Numbered from the stretch's first letter, positions 1 to 9,062 are shown. The stretch: 50,296 nt of DNA from Candidatus Hadarchaeales archaeon (GCA_038842485.1 JAWBSP010000004.1:1-50296); one strand, 5' to 3'. Program-made: numbers and translations. Notes: a model not told the origin generated them from the letters alone.

Positions 1-1
1 G

Positions 2-2824
2 AGGGTGAGGGTTAGGGACGGGGCCGGCAACGAGAATGTCTCTTCCGTCTTCACGTTCGAACTCTTGATTCCGCCCTCCTCCCAGGTCTCCCCCATCTCC
101 CCCTACTGGTGGAGGACCTCCCCCATCCCCATCAGCGTTTCGGCCTCGGATGCGGACGGCACCGTCACTAGGGTAGAGCTCTGGTACCGCTGGTCCCCCG
201 ACAACTCCAGCTGGGGCTCCTGGATTCTCTACGACTACGACACCACTCCTCCCTACTCCTTCAGCTTCATGCCCCCGAGCGGCCAGGGATACTACGAGTT
301 CTACTCCAGGGCGAGGGACAACGCCGGCAACTACGAGTCCCCGCCACCCCAGGCGGATGCCAGGTGTGGGCACGACACCACTCCACCATCCGCACCAAGC
401 CTGCTGCAGCCCGAGGAAGGTGCAACCGTGGGCGTGGCCCCAACCTTCAGCTGGGCAACCGTTCCCGATCCCTCCGGTGTTACCTATGAGTTGGAGGTGG
501 ACAACGAGCCGACCTTTACCGATCCCCTCGTCTACCGAAAATTGGGTCTGACGGAGAATTTCCACATATGCGAGAATTCCCTGGACATTGGGACGTACTA
601 CTGGCGGGTGAGGGCTGTGGACGGGGCGCAGAACGTGGGAGACTGGTCGGAGAACCGATGCTTCACGGTCGGCAGGTTCTGGTACTCCTTGGAGAGCTGG
701 CAGGTCCCAGCTTCGGCCGCTCCTGCGTGGAGAACGGTCGAAGCTTGGAGCGTGGTTTCAGCCCTCCCCGCTTGGAGGACGATCGAAGCCCACAGTGTTG
801 AGGTTTCAACCCTCTCCGTATGGGCGTCCCTTGAGTGGTGGAGTGGAGAGGCAATGTTCCCGGGATGGGTTCTGGTGGACTCTCGGGGAGGGAGAATGCG
901 GGCCCCCATCGGCTTTGATCTCTCCCTCTCGCCAGCGACCGGTGAAGTCAGCCAAGGAGGGAGCATCAACGTGAACATCAACGTGACCAAGTCGTATCCG
1001 TCATATAACCGCACGGTTGCGCTTGAAATCCGGAACCTCCCGCCTGGGGCCTCCGCGAGCTTCTCTGGCGTGCTCCAGGGGGTACCCGACTTCTCCCTCA
1101 CCCTAACGGTTTCCACGAGCTCCACCACCCCACTTGGGACATATCTCATTCAGGTAGTCGCTGGGGATGGGGTGGTAACCTTAACTAAAATCTTTGCCCT
1201 CACGGTACGGCCTCCGCCTCCTCCGCCACCACCAAAGTATCCGCCGGTTTCCAGGGTGAAGCCCATTTCACCCTTCTGGTACTCTTCCCTGCCGGTTACG
1301 GTTGAGGCGGAGGCGAGCGATAGCGATGGGGCGGTGGTAGGAGTCACGCTGTACTACAGGCATTCACGGGACAATTCGGCTTGGGGCTCTTGGAAACTCT
1401 GGGGCGAGGATAACAGCTACCCATGGGTCTGGAGTTTCAGTCCTCCCGAGAAAGATGGGTACTACGAGTTCTACTCGGTAGCAGTTGACAACGACGGGCT
1501 GGTGGAGAATGCCCCCTCCGTAGCGGATGCCTCACTCGGCCTGGATCTCACAGCTCCCCCAGTCCCCACTCCGCTCTCGCCGGTGGGGGGAACCCTTGTG
1601 GGTGCGAGAGTAACACTGGTCTGGCAGGCGGTTCAGGACCTTTCAGGAATAGAGGGGTACGAGGTGGAGGTGGACGAGAATGAGCAGTTCCCGTCTCCCC
1701 TCCTTTCCACCTTCGTCAGGGGAACCTCTCTCGAGTTCGACCTTCCCGCCGAGGGGAGGTTCTTCTGGAGGGTGAGGGCGGTGAATGGGTCGGGTCTTTC
1801 CTCGCCCTGGAGCACCAGCGCGACCTTTATCTCCATCTCCAGACCGCCAATCCAGCAGACCCGGACCTTCCTTTCTCCCTTCGCGCCAGCGGACTTCGAT
1901 TTCACCCCCTACGAACCCTACTTCATAAGGAAGGTGACGCTGGTTCCCGCAGGAGCGCTGGAGCAGATGACCGTTTCTGTATTCGAGTTCAAGGCGAGGG
2001 AGTTCACTGAACTCTTTAGCTGGCTTCCAGAGCCCGAGTACATGTACACAGCTTGGCTCTCCTTAGATGTGCCCAAGACCCTCGTTCAGCGGACGGAGGT
2101 GAGTTTCCAAGTTTACAGGTCCTGGCTCGAGGAACGAGGTCTGGACGAGAACACGGTGGTTCTTCAGAGAGTTTACCTGGGAGAGTGGGAGAATATACCC
2201 GCCGAGCTTGTTGGCTGGGACGAGGAGAGGTTCTACTACAAGGCCACCTTCTCAGGCTTCTACGACATCCTTTCATGCTCGGCTTCCAAGAAGGCAGCGC
2301 CCCCACCACCTCCGCCACCCCCACCACCAGTGCCCAAGCCGCCCTACCTCCTCTACGCCTTCCTAACCATCTTGGGAGGATTTGGGATAGGGTTCGCGTA
2401 CTTCTTATACCAGAGGAGACTCGCCATCCCGCCGGCAGTTCCGGTGGAGAGGATCGCAAGGGCTGAGATACCGCCTGCCCTCAGACCAACCGCCCTACCA
2501 GCCATTTCACTTGAAAAGCTGGGTCCCAAACCAACGCCGGAGATCCTCCCCATACCCACCAGGCTGTCCCCGCTGAAGGTTCGTCCAGTGTTTGCCAGGG
2601 CAGTACCGGTTGGGCAAGTATTGGAGGCGATCAAGAGGGTGAGGCCGATAATACCCCTAGAGAGGGTCGCAAAGGTAGCGAAGCCGCCGGTCCCGCCTGC
2701 CGTTGAGCTGGAGAAGTTGGCGAAGGAGGTCAAGCCCTTGGCGGTGAGGGAAGTGAAGGGAAAAATCCAGGAGCCCTCTGATGTTCTCTCAAAGCTGAGG
2801 GAACTCACCGAAGGCAAACGATAA
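2..2824 (+). CDS. Large membrane-anchored surface protein (5' truncated): duplicated Ig/FN3-like modules, Trp-rich repeats, PGF-pre-PGF-like domain, poly-Pro linkers, TM helix, cytoplasmic tail
   Basis: Frame open from the window edge; FN3-like YYWRVRAV/FFWRVRAV motifs; SFQVYRSWLEERGLDENTVVLQR resembles PGF-pre-PGF; hydrophobic YLLYAFLTILGGFGIGFAYFLY followed by QRR. Confidence 0.8.
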   Translation, partial: RVRVRDGAGNENVSSVFTFELLIPPSSQVSPISPYWWRTSPIPISVSASDADGTVTRVELWYRWSPDNSSWGSWILYDYDTTPPYSFSFMPPSGQGYYEFYSRARDNAGNYESPPPQADARCGHDTTPPSAPSLLQPEEGATVGVAPTFSWATVPDPSGVTYELEVDNEPTFTDPLVYRKLGLTENFHICENSLDIGTYYWRVRAVDGAQNVGDWSENRCFTVGRFWYSLESWQVPASAAPAWRTVEAWSVVSALPAWRTIEAHSVEVSTLSVWASLEWWSGEAMFPGWVLVDSRGGRMRAPIGFDLSLSPATGEVSQGGSINVNINVTKSYPSYNRTVALEIRNLPPGASASFSGVLQGVPDFSLTLTVSTSSTTPLGTYLIQVVAGDGVVTLTKIFALTVRPPPPPPPPKYPPVSRVKPISPFWYSSLPVTVEAEASDSDGAVVGVTLYYRHSRDNSAWGSWKLWGEDNSYPWVWSFSPPEKDGYYEFYSVAVDNDGLVENAPSVADASLGLDLTAPPVPTPLSPVGGTLVGARVTLVWQAVQDLSGIEGYEVEVDENEQFPSPLLSTFVRGTSLEFDLPAEGRFFWRVRAVNGSGLSSPWSTSATFISISRPPIQQTRTFLSPFAPADFDFTPYEPYFIRKVTLVPAGALEQMTVSVFEFKAREFTELFSWLPEPEYMYTAWLSLDVPKTLVQRTEVSFQVYRSWLEERGLDENTVVLQRVYLGEWENIPAELVGWDEERFYYKATFSGFYDILSCSASKKAAPPPPPPPPPPVPKPPYLLYAFLTILGGFGIGFAYFLYQRRLAIPPAVPVERIARAEIPPALRPTALPAISLEKLGPKPTPEILPIPTRLSPLKVRPVFARAVPVGQVLEAIKRVRPIIPLERVAKVAKPPVPPAVELEKLAKEVKPLAVREVKGKIQEPSDVLSKLRELTEGKR

Positions 2825-2827
2825 GCC

Positions 2828-2854
2828 TTTAAACTACTACTACCACTACTACTA
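2828..2854 (+). promoter_or_regulatory. TATA-like TTTAAA followed by an (ACT)n-like tract up to the start codon; candidate operator
   Basis: tttaaactactactaccactactacta immediately before ATG 2855. Confidence 0.45.
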
Positions 2855-2986
2855 ATGCAAAGGATCAAGTGTCACATTTGTGGCTATGTCTGGGCCTACA
2901 AGGGCTCAGGAAGGTTTTACGCCACCTGTCCCCGCTGTCTGAGGAAGGTTAAGCTAGCAGACCCGGGGGGAAGACATGGCGCTTAG
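2855..2986 (+). CDS. Small C4 zinc-ribbon protein, 43 aa (below ORF-track cutoff)
   Basis: Translated by hand: MQRIKCHICGYVWAYKGSGRFYATCPRCLRKVKLADPGGRHGA*; CxxC...CPxC; overlaps the MinD start; matches the N-terminus of NrdD in this window. Confidence 0.8.
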   Translation: MQRIKCHICGYVWAYKGSGRFYATCPRCLRKVKLADPGGRHGA

Positions 2987-3821
2987 GAGGCGGAGAGGGA
3001 TAGTTTTGGGCGTTTTCTCGGCAAAAGGGGGAGTGGGTAAGACCACCACCGTGGCAAATCTGGGTGCAGCCCTCGCGCAAAGGAAGAAAGGGAAGGTCAT
3101 CATCGTGGAGACAAACATGACCGCCTCAAATTTGGGGCTTCACCTGGGCGTGGTTGATCCACCCGTGACGGTTCAGGATTTGGTGATGGGGAGGCTGAAG
3201 GTGGAGGAGGGGATATCCAAAACCGAGTATGGGCTTCATCTCCTCCCCGGATCGATTGCCTTCACGACCGAGGTGGGATCGGTTGATTTGAGCCCCATGC
3301 TGGAGAGTCTGAGGAAGAAGTACGATATCATCATCCTCGACTCGGCCCCCGGTTTCGCTCCCGAGGTAACTTCCGCCATGAGGGCTTGCGACGAGGTTTT
3401 GGTCTGCTGCCAGCCCCAGATACCGGCCATTGCTGGAACCCTTCAGAGCATGAGGGCCCTAGAGAGGATGAAGATCCCCCTGCTTGGGGTGGTGCTGACT
3501 AGGGTGACGGGGAAGAGGTATGAGGTATCGACCTCGGAAATAAGGAGGACTCTGGGCTGGCCAACCTTGGTCGAGATCCCCGAGGATGACATGGTTCCGG
3601 AGAGCATAACCAGGGGTGTTCCCGTCGTTCTCTACGCCCCCAACTCGCCCGCGGCCCAGGAGTACCTAAGGCTCGCTAGGATGATTCTGGCTCGCCTGAG
3701 GGCTAGGGCTGGTAGGAGGGCGCGACGGAAGAGGGTTCGGGTGGTTCGAAGGGTGAGGACCAAGGGGAGGGGCCGGGGGGTAAGAGTTCCGGGCCCCGCC
3801 TTCAGGCCGGTTTTCGAGTGA
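2976..3821 (+). CDS. minD: MinD/ParA-family ATPase with Arg-rich C-terminal tail
   Basis: Deviant Walker A SAKGGVGKTT, IILDSAPG, IPED..V..S...GVP, SPAA..Y..LA. Confidence 0.85.
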   Translation: MALRRRRGIVLGVFSAKGGVGKTTTVANLGAALAQRKKGKVIIVETNMTASNLGLHLGVVDPPVTVQDLVMGRLKVEEGISKTEYGLHLLPGSIAFTTEVGSVDLSPMLESLRKKYDIIILDSAPGFAPEVTSAMRACDEVLVCCQPQIPAIAGTLQSMRALERMKIPLLGVVLTRVTGKRYEVSTSEIRRTLGWPTLVEIPEDDMVPESITRGVPVVLYAPNSPAAQEYLRLARMILARLRARAGRRARRKRVRVVRRVRTKGRGRGVRVPGPAFRPVFE

Positions 3822-3823
3822 GC

Positions 3824-4633
3824 TCACCTCTTGGCGAGAGCCTGCTCGAACTTGGTGGTGAGCCTGGTTGGCGGTATGTCGAGTCTCATGAGTTCACTCG
3901 CGATGCCCCTCAGGGCAATGGAGGCTGGGGAGTCGGGGTAGAGGGCGACCACCGGGAGATCTCTTCTGAAGGCATCCTCCACCAGTTCGTCATCCTCGAT
4001 TATCCCCAGCACCCTTGCGATCTCCTCGGCCTGAATGGTCCACTCCTCCGCCCGGGCGTCCCGCGGGAGCCGGTTGAGGACCACGCCTATCCCGTCGAGT
4101 CCCAGCAGCTGTTTGAGTCCTAGGGCAGTCTGCTTGGCCGAAAGGATGGAGTCCACATCAGGATTCACCACGTAGAGCAACCCGTCGGCGATGGCCGTGA
4201 GGATGAGGTGCTCGAAGCCCACGGAGGCAGGGGTGTCGACCACGATGTACGAGAACCTCTTCCTGAGGGTCCCAAGCATCCGCTCGAACCTGCGAACGGT
4301 GGTCTGGACAAAGCTTACCATGTCCCTGGAGCCTGGCGGAAGGAAGCGCCCGCCCGCGGGAAGGATAGCCAGGTTTGGGAATAGAGGCTTTCCACCCTCC
4401 CTGAGCTGGCAGGAGTAAACGGCCTCGGCTAGGGAGCACTTCCCCTCCAGAAAATGGGCTAGGGTGAGGTCGGTTCCTGGACACATCTTGAGCTCCACCG
4501 TTCTGACGTGGATGTCCCCATCTATGAGCAGCACCATCCCCTCCTGCAGCTTGCTCAGCCAGCAGGCGACCCCCATGGCAACCGTGCTCTTGCCCACCCC
4601 GCCCTTGGTTCCCAGGATCGAGATAACGGGCAT
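3824..4633 (-). CDS. minD: MinD/ParA-family ATPase (second paralog)
   Basis: GTKGGVGKST, LIDGD, IVVDTPAS, GVVLNR, SPAS. Confidence 0.85.
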   Translation of the reverse strand: MPVISILGTKGGVGKSTVAMGVACWLSKLQEGMVLLIDGDIHVRTVELKMCPGTDLTLAHFLEGKCSLAEAVYSCQLREGGKPLFPNLAILPAGGRFLPPGSRDMVSFVQTTVRRFERMLGTLRKRFSYIVVDTPASVGFEHLILTAIADGLLYVVNPDVDSILSAKQTALGLKQLLGLDGIGVVLNRLPRDARAEEWTIQAEEIARVLGIIEDDELVEDAFRRDLPVVALYPDSPASIALRGIASELMRLDIPPTRLTTKFEQALAKR

Positions 4634-5092
4634 CTATCCCTCCCGTCCAGTTTGGGGAGCTCCCGCTTTCGCCTTTACGGCCCGAGGGGGGACGGGGTTG
4701 CGGATTTCCATGAGGGCTCGCGAGAGTTCCTCGTTAAGTTCCGCTCTAGGGACTTCCCCCTCCAGTTCCCTGCCCTCCAGCCTGAGTTCCATGCTCCTGT
4801 ACACTTTTTTTGCCCTGCCCAAGAGATCGGTCTCAAACCTAATCAGGCCAGCGCTCTCCAGCCGTTTCAGGTGGTAACTCATGAGAATGTTGGTGATCTT
4901 CCTGTTGAAGTGCTTGCTCGCCCTCCGCGCCAGTTCGGCCTGTCTCAGGGGTCCCTCGCCTAGCACGGTGTAGACCCACTGTCTGATGGGATCTGAGAGG
5001 GCTTCCGCGATTCTAAAGAACTCTTGCGGGCTGAGTGGATGCCACTCTTCCTCGGATGAAAAGAGCTTCAGGGGTTTTCCCTTCTCAATCAC
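4634..5092 (-). CDS. ArsR-like winged-HTH transcriptional regulator
   Basis: AEALSDPIR...LMSYHLKRLESAGLI; abuts the minD paralog. Confidence 0.8.
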   Translation of the reverse strand: MIEKGKPLKLFSSEEEWHPLSPQEFFRIAEALSDPIRQWVYTVLGEGPLRQAELARRASKHFNRKITNILMSYHLKRLESAGLIRFETDLLGRAKKVYRSMELRLEGRELEGEVPRAELNEELSRALMEIRNPVPPRAVKAKAGAPQTGREG

Positions 5093-5140
5093 AAATTAAA
5101 TTATCCCTTCTGTATAAATATTTTTATATCTGCCGAAAGT

Positions 5141-5794
5141 TCACATTCTGAGGAGTTGCGTGCCGAGCCTCTCAACCAAGAGGGAGGGAAGATCCAGAAC
5201 CTTGTAGTGCTTTAGGATGATGGCGTGGTCGCTGGTGGCGATGAACTCGTACCCTCCTTTCAGCTTGGAGTCCACCTTGCTCACCGTTTTTGCCGTCCCG
5301 TCCAGTTCCCTTTTATCAATCTCCCTTCTCACCAGCTCGGCCAGCCTCCCGCTCCAGCTCACCTGCTTCTCAAAGAGGAACTCGAACCAAGAGGGCTTCA
5401 GCTGGTCTAGGAGGTTGAGGAGCTCGGCGAGGGCCTTCTGGGTGGTGGGAGTTATCCGATGGCGACCAAAAACCGCGCTCACATCCCTCACCCATCCATC
5501 GTCGCATAGGAAGAGGGTTTTCCCCTCAACCATCGACTCCACCGTTATCAGGACGTTGTAACCATCTATGCCGAGCTCCTTTCCCCGGACCTCCCTCGGA
5601 TCCACTCTCCTCCTCTTCAGGTCGGCCGCCAGCTGGTCGGGAAAGACGGTTCTGGCGAGAATGTTTCTCTCCTCCAGCAGCAGTTTGTGGTGGTTGGAGA
5701 CGAATTCTAGGGCCGACTGCTTGGGATAGCCCCAGTTGAGCAGACACCTCAGCTCCTCGCACGCCTTTCTCACGCGAGGGGAAACCTCACTCAA
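5141..5794 (-). CDS. DUF434 family protein (PIN/NYN-like)
   Basis: LLNWGYPK..ALEFVSNHHKL, IDGYNVLITVE, DDGWVRD, IATSD; start placed at the TTG overlapping the leuS stop (approximate). Confidence 0.8.
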   Translation of the reverse strand: MSEVSPRVRKACEELRCLLNWGYPKQSALEFVSNHHKLLLEERNILARTVFPDQLAADLKRRRVDPREVRGKELGIDGYNVLITVESMVEGKTLFLCDDGWVRDVSAVFGRHRITPTTQKALAELLNLLDQLKPSWFEFLFEKQVSWSGRLAELVRREIDKRELDGTAKTVSKVDSKLKGGYEFIATSDHAIILKHYKVLDLPSLLVERLGTQLLRM

Positions 5795-8594
5795 GGTGGA
5801 TCGCCGGTTTGAAGGGCATGGCTTTGGATGCTCTCCCAGCCGGGTCATACCTTTCTGCATCGTCCTCCTGGAAGATCCTCACCGTGGCTCCCGTCTTCCT
5901 CTCCAGATAAATCAGGTTGCGTTTCAAATACTCAAGCTCGGAGGTTTGCACGGAGGCAAGTCTGCGCAGCTTCTCGGGATCCGTGAGCTTGATGAGATTC
6001 AGAAGTCCTTTGACGAACTCTGCCGCTGTTTTTTGGGGCACTCCCCGTTCCGAGGCGAACTCGAGCAGGTGTTTGAAGTCCGGGTTTCTGCTGGCCACCC
6101 TGAACACCTCCAGTTTCCATTTCGCAGCCACGTAGAGGCAGATGAGCGCCGGCTTCTTTTTTAGGACCCGCCTAATCTCGCCGATGTCCTCCAGCACGGA
6201 ATCCAGATACTCCTCCAGGGTCTCCAGCTCAGGGTTTATCAGCTCCTCCCTCACCTCCGGCCACCTCTGCGAGCTAGCGAACCCCTCACCCAGCTTGGAC
6301 CAGAGCTCCTCGCAGATGTGGGGGATGAAGGGCGAGAGGAGCTTCAGCCAGGACTTCACCACCTCCTTTCCCCCCCCGCCCGCTCCCCCTCTCTCGAGGT
6401 ACCGCTCCAAGTCCTTCATCACCTCAAAGAAAGCCACTTGGAGGGCTTTCCTGGTCTCAAAATTTTCCATGGCATGCGTGACTCTCCTCACTTGCTCCTG
6501 GAACCGGCTGAGGAGCCACCGGTCTATCTCCGCCTCCTCCCCCGGCAGGGAGAGGATGGTTTCTACGAGCGAAACGAAGCGGTTTAGATGGTTTGTGACC
6601 GACGATGCCTCTTTCTCCTTCCAGTTAAAGTCCTGCCAGGGTTCGGTGCCGGAAAGGAGATAGAACCTGACCCCGTCTGGGCCGTACTTCCCCACGGCTT
6701 CGGGTACGGTGACCAGCCAACCCTTCGAGGAGGACATCTTCTGGCCCTCGAGCATCACCATTCCTAGGGTGAGTATCCCTTTGGGGAGTTTTTGGGGAAA
6801 GAGGAGGGAGTGGTGGAAGACGAAGAAGGTGAGGTGGTTGGAGATCAGCTCATAGGCTGAGACCCGGTAGTCCAGCGGGTACCAGTACTCGAACTCGGCC
6901 CTCATCCGCTCGAGCAGATCGGGCTGGATGCCCTTTCTTTCCAGTTCGGGTGTTCTCCTCCCCCAGAAAATGAAATCGAAAACCCCATCGTCCAGCTCTT
7001 CCGCCTGCACTTGCTTTATGAGGTGCGAGATGGTGTAGTAGGCCATGTAAATGGTGGAGTCGCTCAGGGACTCGATGATCCAGCCCTGAGTCCAAGGAGC
7101 GGGGGTTCCGAGCCCTATCTTCCGCGTACAGGGCCATTCGTGCAGCCAGCCTATGGTGAACTCATACTGTGCTTTGCTCTCGGGAGGGATTATTCTCATC
7201 TGGGAAAGGGCTGAGCGAGCGAGCTCCTTCCACTCCTCCCTTCCGTAGTCTATGAACCACTGGTCTTCCACCACCCTCACCGTGCAGTTGGAGCCGCACC
7301 TGCACACCACGGGGAGGATGGAGAACTCGTGCATGATGGCAGCATCCCCCCTGGCAAGCAGGTCCTCCCTCACCCTCACCTTAGCCTGCGAAACGGGCAT
7401 TCCAGCGTATTCCCCCGTCCACTCCCTCATCCTACCCCGTGCGAATTCTTCCCTGTAGACCTCTTTCGTGGCTTCCTCCAGCTTGGGGTCCCGCTGGTTC
7501 TCTATCCCCATCCGCTTCACCACCTCGACGGCCGGGCACTCGCCGTAACCCGGCAGCTCAATGAGTGAAATGGGTTTCAGCTCCCGGGCGATTTCCCCCC
7601 ACTTGGAATCCCCCTGCAGGTCTTGGAGGGCAACATAGTCATATGGGGCGTGAGCCGGCACGGAACCCACCACGCCGGTGGCGGAATTTGGATCGGCGAA
7701 CTCGGCGGGAAGGATGGGCACACGCTTCCCGGTGAGGGGAACCTCCACCTCCGTGCCAAACTGTGGCTGGTACGGACGTGCTTCCCCCACTCTGTACCCC
7801 TGCTCCCTCAGCTTCGGGAGGGCCTGTTCGCTCACCACCCACTTCTCCCCATCCACCTCCGCCACCACGTATCTCGCCTTCGGGTTCAGCCAGATGTTGG
7901 TGAGGCCGAAGATGGTTTCGGGTCTCAGGGTTGCGGCGGGGAAGACGAGGTTCCCCTGTCTGTACTTGATGAGAGTGAAGTCCAGGATTTCCACCCCCTC
8001 CCCCTCCAGCAGGTCGTGGTCGGTCACGGGGTTGTTGCAACTTGGACACCATTTCACCGCATGCCTTCCCTTCACAATCAGCCCGCGGTCAAAGAGTTTG
8101 TGATACTGCCAAGTGATGAACCTCTGGTAGTGCGGGTCCACGGTGGTGAACTCCCTCCTCCAGTCGATGGAGAGGCCGAGCAGTTCCATTCCCTTGCGGT
8201 ATCCCAGCTCGCTGAGTCTAGCCCAGTATTCGGCGAAGTACTTTGGGTCCGAAAAGTTCCCCAGTTCCTCCTCCCGCACCCCGAACCTCAGCAGCATGGA
8301 AATCATCTGCCGATCCCTGTCTCTGACGCGCTTGGCTGCCCCCACGATGGGGGTCCCAGTAAAGTGATAGGCCATGGGGAAAAGGACGTTGAAGCCCCTC
8401 ATCCGCTTGTATCTGGCGATAACGTCCGGGATTACGTAGGTTCTGGCGTGCCCCAGATGCATGGGCCCGGAGACGTATGGATAAGCAACCGTGATGTAGA
8501 ATTTGGGTCTGTTGTCGGGTTCGGCATGGAAGGTGCCGGACTCGGCCCAGGCCTTCTGCCACTTTCTACCGATTCCTGCCCAGTCTACTGACAT
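5787..8594 (-). CDS. leuS: Leucine--tRNA ligase
   Basis: PYVSGPMHLGH (HIGH), ATLRPET editing domain, KMSSSKG, C-terminal KAMPFKPAIHLE. Confidence 0.97.
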   Translation of the reverse strand: MSVDWAGIGRKWQKAWAESGTFHAEPDNRPKFYITVAYPYVSGPMHLGHARTYVIPDVIARYKRMRGFNVLFPMAYHFTGTPIVGAAKRVRDRDRQMISMLLRFGVREEELGNFSDPKYFAEYWARLSELGYRKGMELLGLSIDWRREFTTVDPHYQRFITWQYHKLFDRGLIVKGRHAVKWCPSCNNPVTDHDLLEGEGVEILDFTLIKYRQGNLVFPAATLRPETIFGLTNIWLNPKARYVVAEVDGEKWVVSEQALPKLREQGYRVGEARPYQPQFGTEVEVPLTGKRVPILPAEFADPNSATGVVGSVPAHAPYDYVALQDLQGDSKWGEIARELKPISLIELPGYGECPAVEVVKRMGIENQRDPKLEEATKEVYREEFARGRMREWTGEYAGMPVSQAKVRVREDLLARGDAAIMHEFSILPVVCRCGSNCTVRVVEDQWFIDYGREEWKELARSALSQMRIIPPESKAQYEFTIGWLHEWPCTRKIGLGTPAPWTQGWIIESLSDSTIYMAYYTISHLIKQVQAEELDDGVFDFIFWGRRTPELERKGIQPDLLERMRAEFEYWYPLDYRVSAYELISNHLTFFVFHHSLLFPQKLPKGILTLGMVMLEGQKMSSSKGWLVTVPEAVGKYGPDGVRFYLLSGTEPWQDFNWKEKEASSVTNHLNRFVSLVETILSLPGEEAEIDRWLLSRFQEQVRRVTHAMENFETRKALQVAFFEVMKDLERYLERGGAGGGGKEVVKSWLKLLSPFIPHICEELWSKLGEGFASSQRWPEVREELINPELETLEEYLDSVLEDIGEIRRVLKKKPALICLYVAAKWKLEVFRVASRNPDFKHLLEFASERGVPQKTAAEFVKGLLNLIKLTDPEKLRRLASVQTSELEYLKRNLIYLERKTGATVRIFQEDDAERYDPAGRASKAMPFKPAIHLE

Positions 8595-8621
8595 TATAAT
8601 TTATCTGGTTAGCTCAAGCCC

Positions 8622-8807
8622 CTATCTAAGCCTGAGCCCCTGGACGGTTTTGTTCCTCCAGCTGTATCTCAGGATCCTCCTCGAGCGCCCGTAACCGCAA
8701 GCGGCGCACTTCTTTTTCTGTGGGTTGTAGGCCCGCCTGCCGCATCTCCTGCACCTGAGGTGAGTGACGTGGTGACGCTTGCCCCTTGAGGGTGTTCCCT
8801 TCGTCAT
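8622..8807 (-). CDS. rpl37e: 50S ribosomal protein L37e
   Basis: MTKGTPS.GKR...HLRCRRCG......CAACGYG. Confidence 0.97.
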   Translation of the reverse strand: MTKGTPSRGKRHHVTHLRCRRCGRRAYNPQKKKCAACGYGRSRRILRYSWRNKTVQGLRLR

Positions 8808-8809
8808 GC

Positions 8810-9040
8810 TTAGCCCGGGGAGATGAAGATCACGCTGTCGCCCCTAACCACCATTCTGCCGTATCTCCTGATCACCTCACCGTCCTTAAGTTCCTCGGCC
8901 TCATCGAGCACTAGATTGACGTGCGGATCGAAACCCATAAGTTTACCCCTAAGTGTGTGCCCTCCCTTGATACCCACCAAGACCGTTGAGTTGAGAGCCT
9001 GTACAAGCACGTCAAAAGGTTTTTGCGGGGTTGACATCAT
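8810..9040 (-). CDS. Sm/Lsm-like archaeal protein (SmAP1)
   Basis: [14 protein letters not shown] (Sm1), [12 protein letters not shown] (Sm2); conserved linkage to rpl37e; start at ATG 9040 or 9037. Confidence 0.95.
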   Translation of the reverse strand: MMSTPQKPFDVLVQALNSTVLVGIKGGHTLRGKLMGFDPHVNLVLDEAEELKDGEVIRRYGRMVVRGDSVIFISPG

Positions 9041-9062
9041 AAAACCACGAATCCCCTTTAAA

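Noticed and set aside
2298-2345. CCA/CCG-rich low-complexity DNA (also about 1210-1235)
   Set aside because: Explained by poly-proline linkers in the surface protein
7623-8591. Long antisense ORFs (also 27771-28793, 40258-41232, 46715-47797, 21070-21801)
   Set aside because: Shadow frames of well-identified genes caused by codon bias; no motifs
8823-9062. N-terminal extensions of the PUA, AbrB (17496), radical SAM (39025) and DUF434 (5860) ORFs
   Set aside because: They overlap other genes or tRNAs; family similarity begins at the downstream starts
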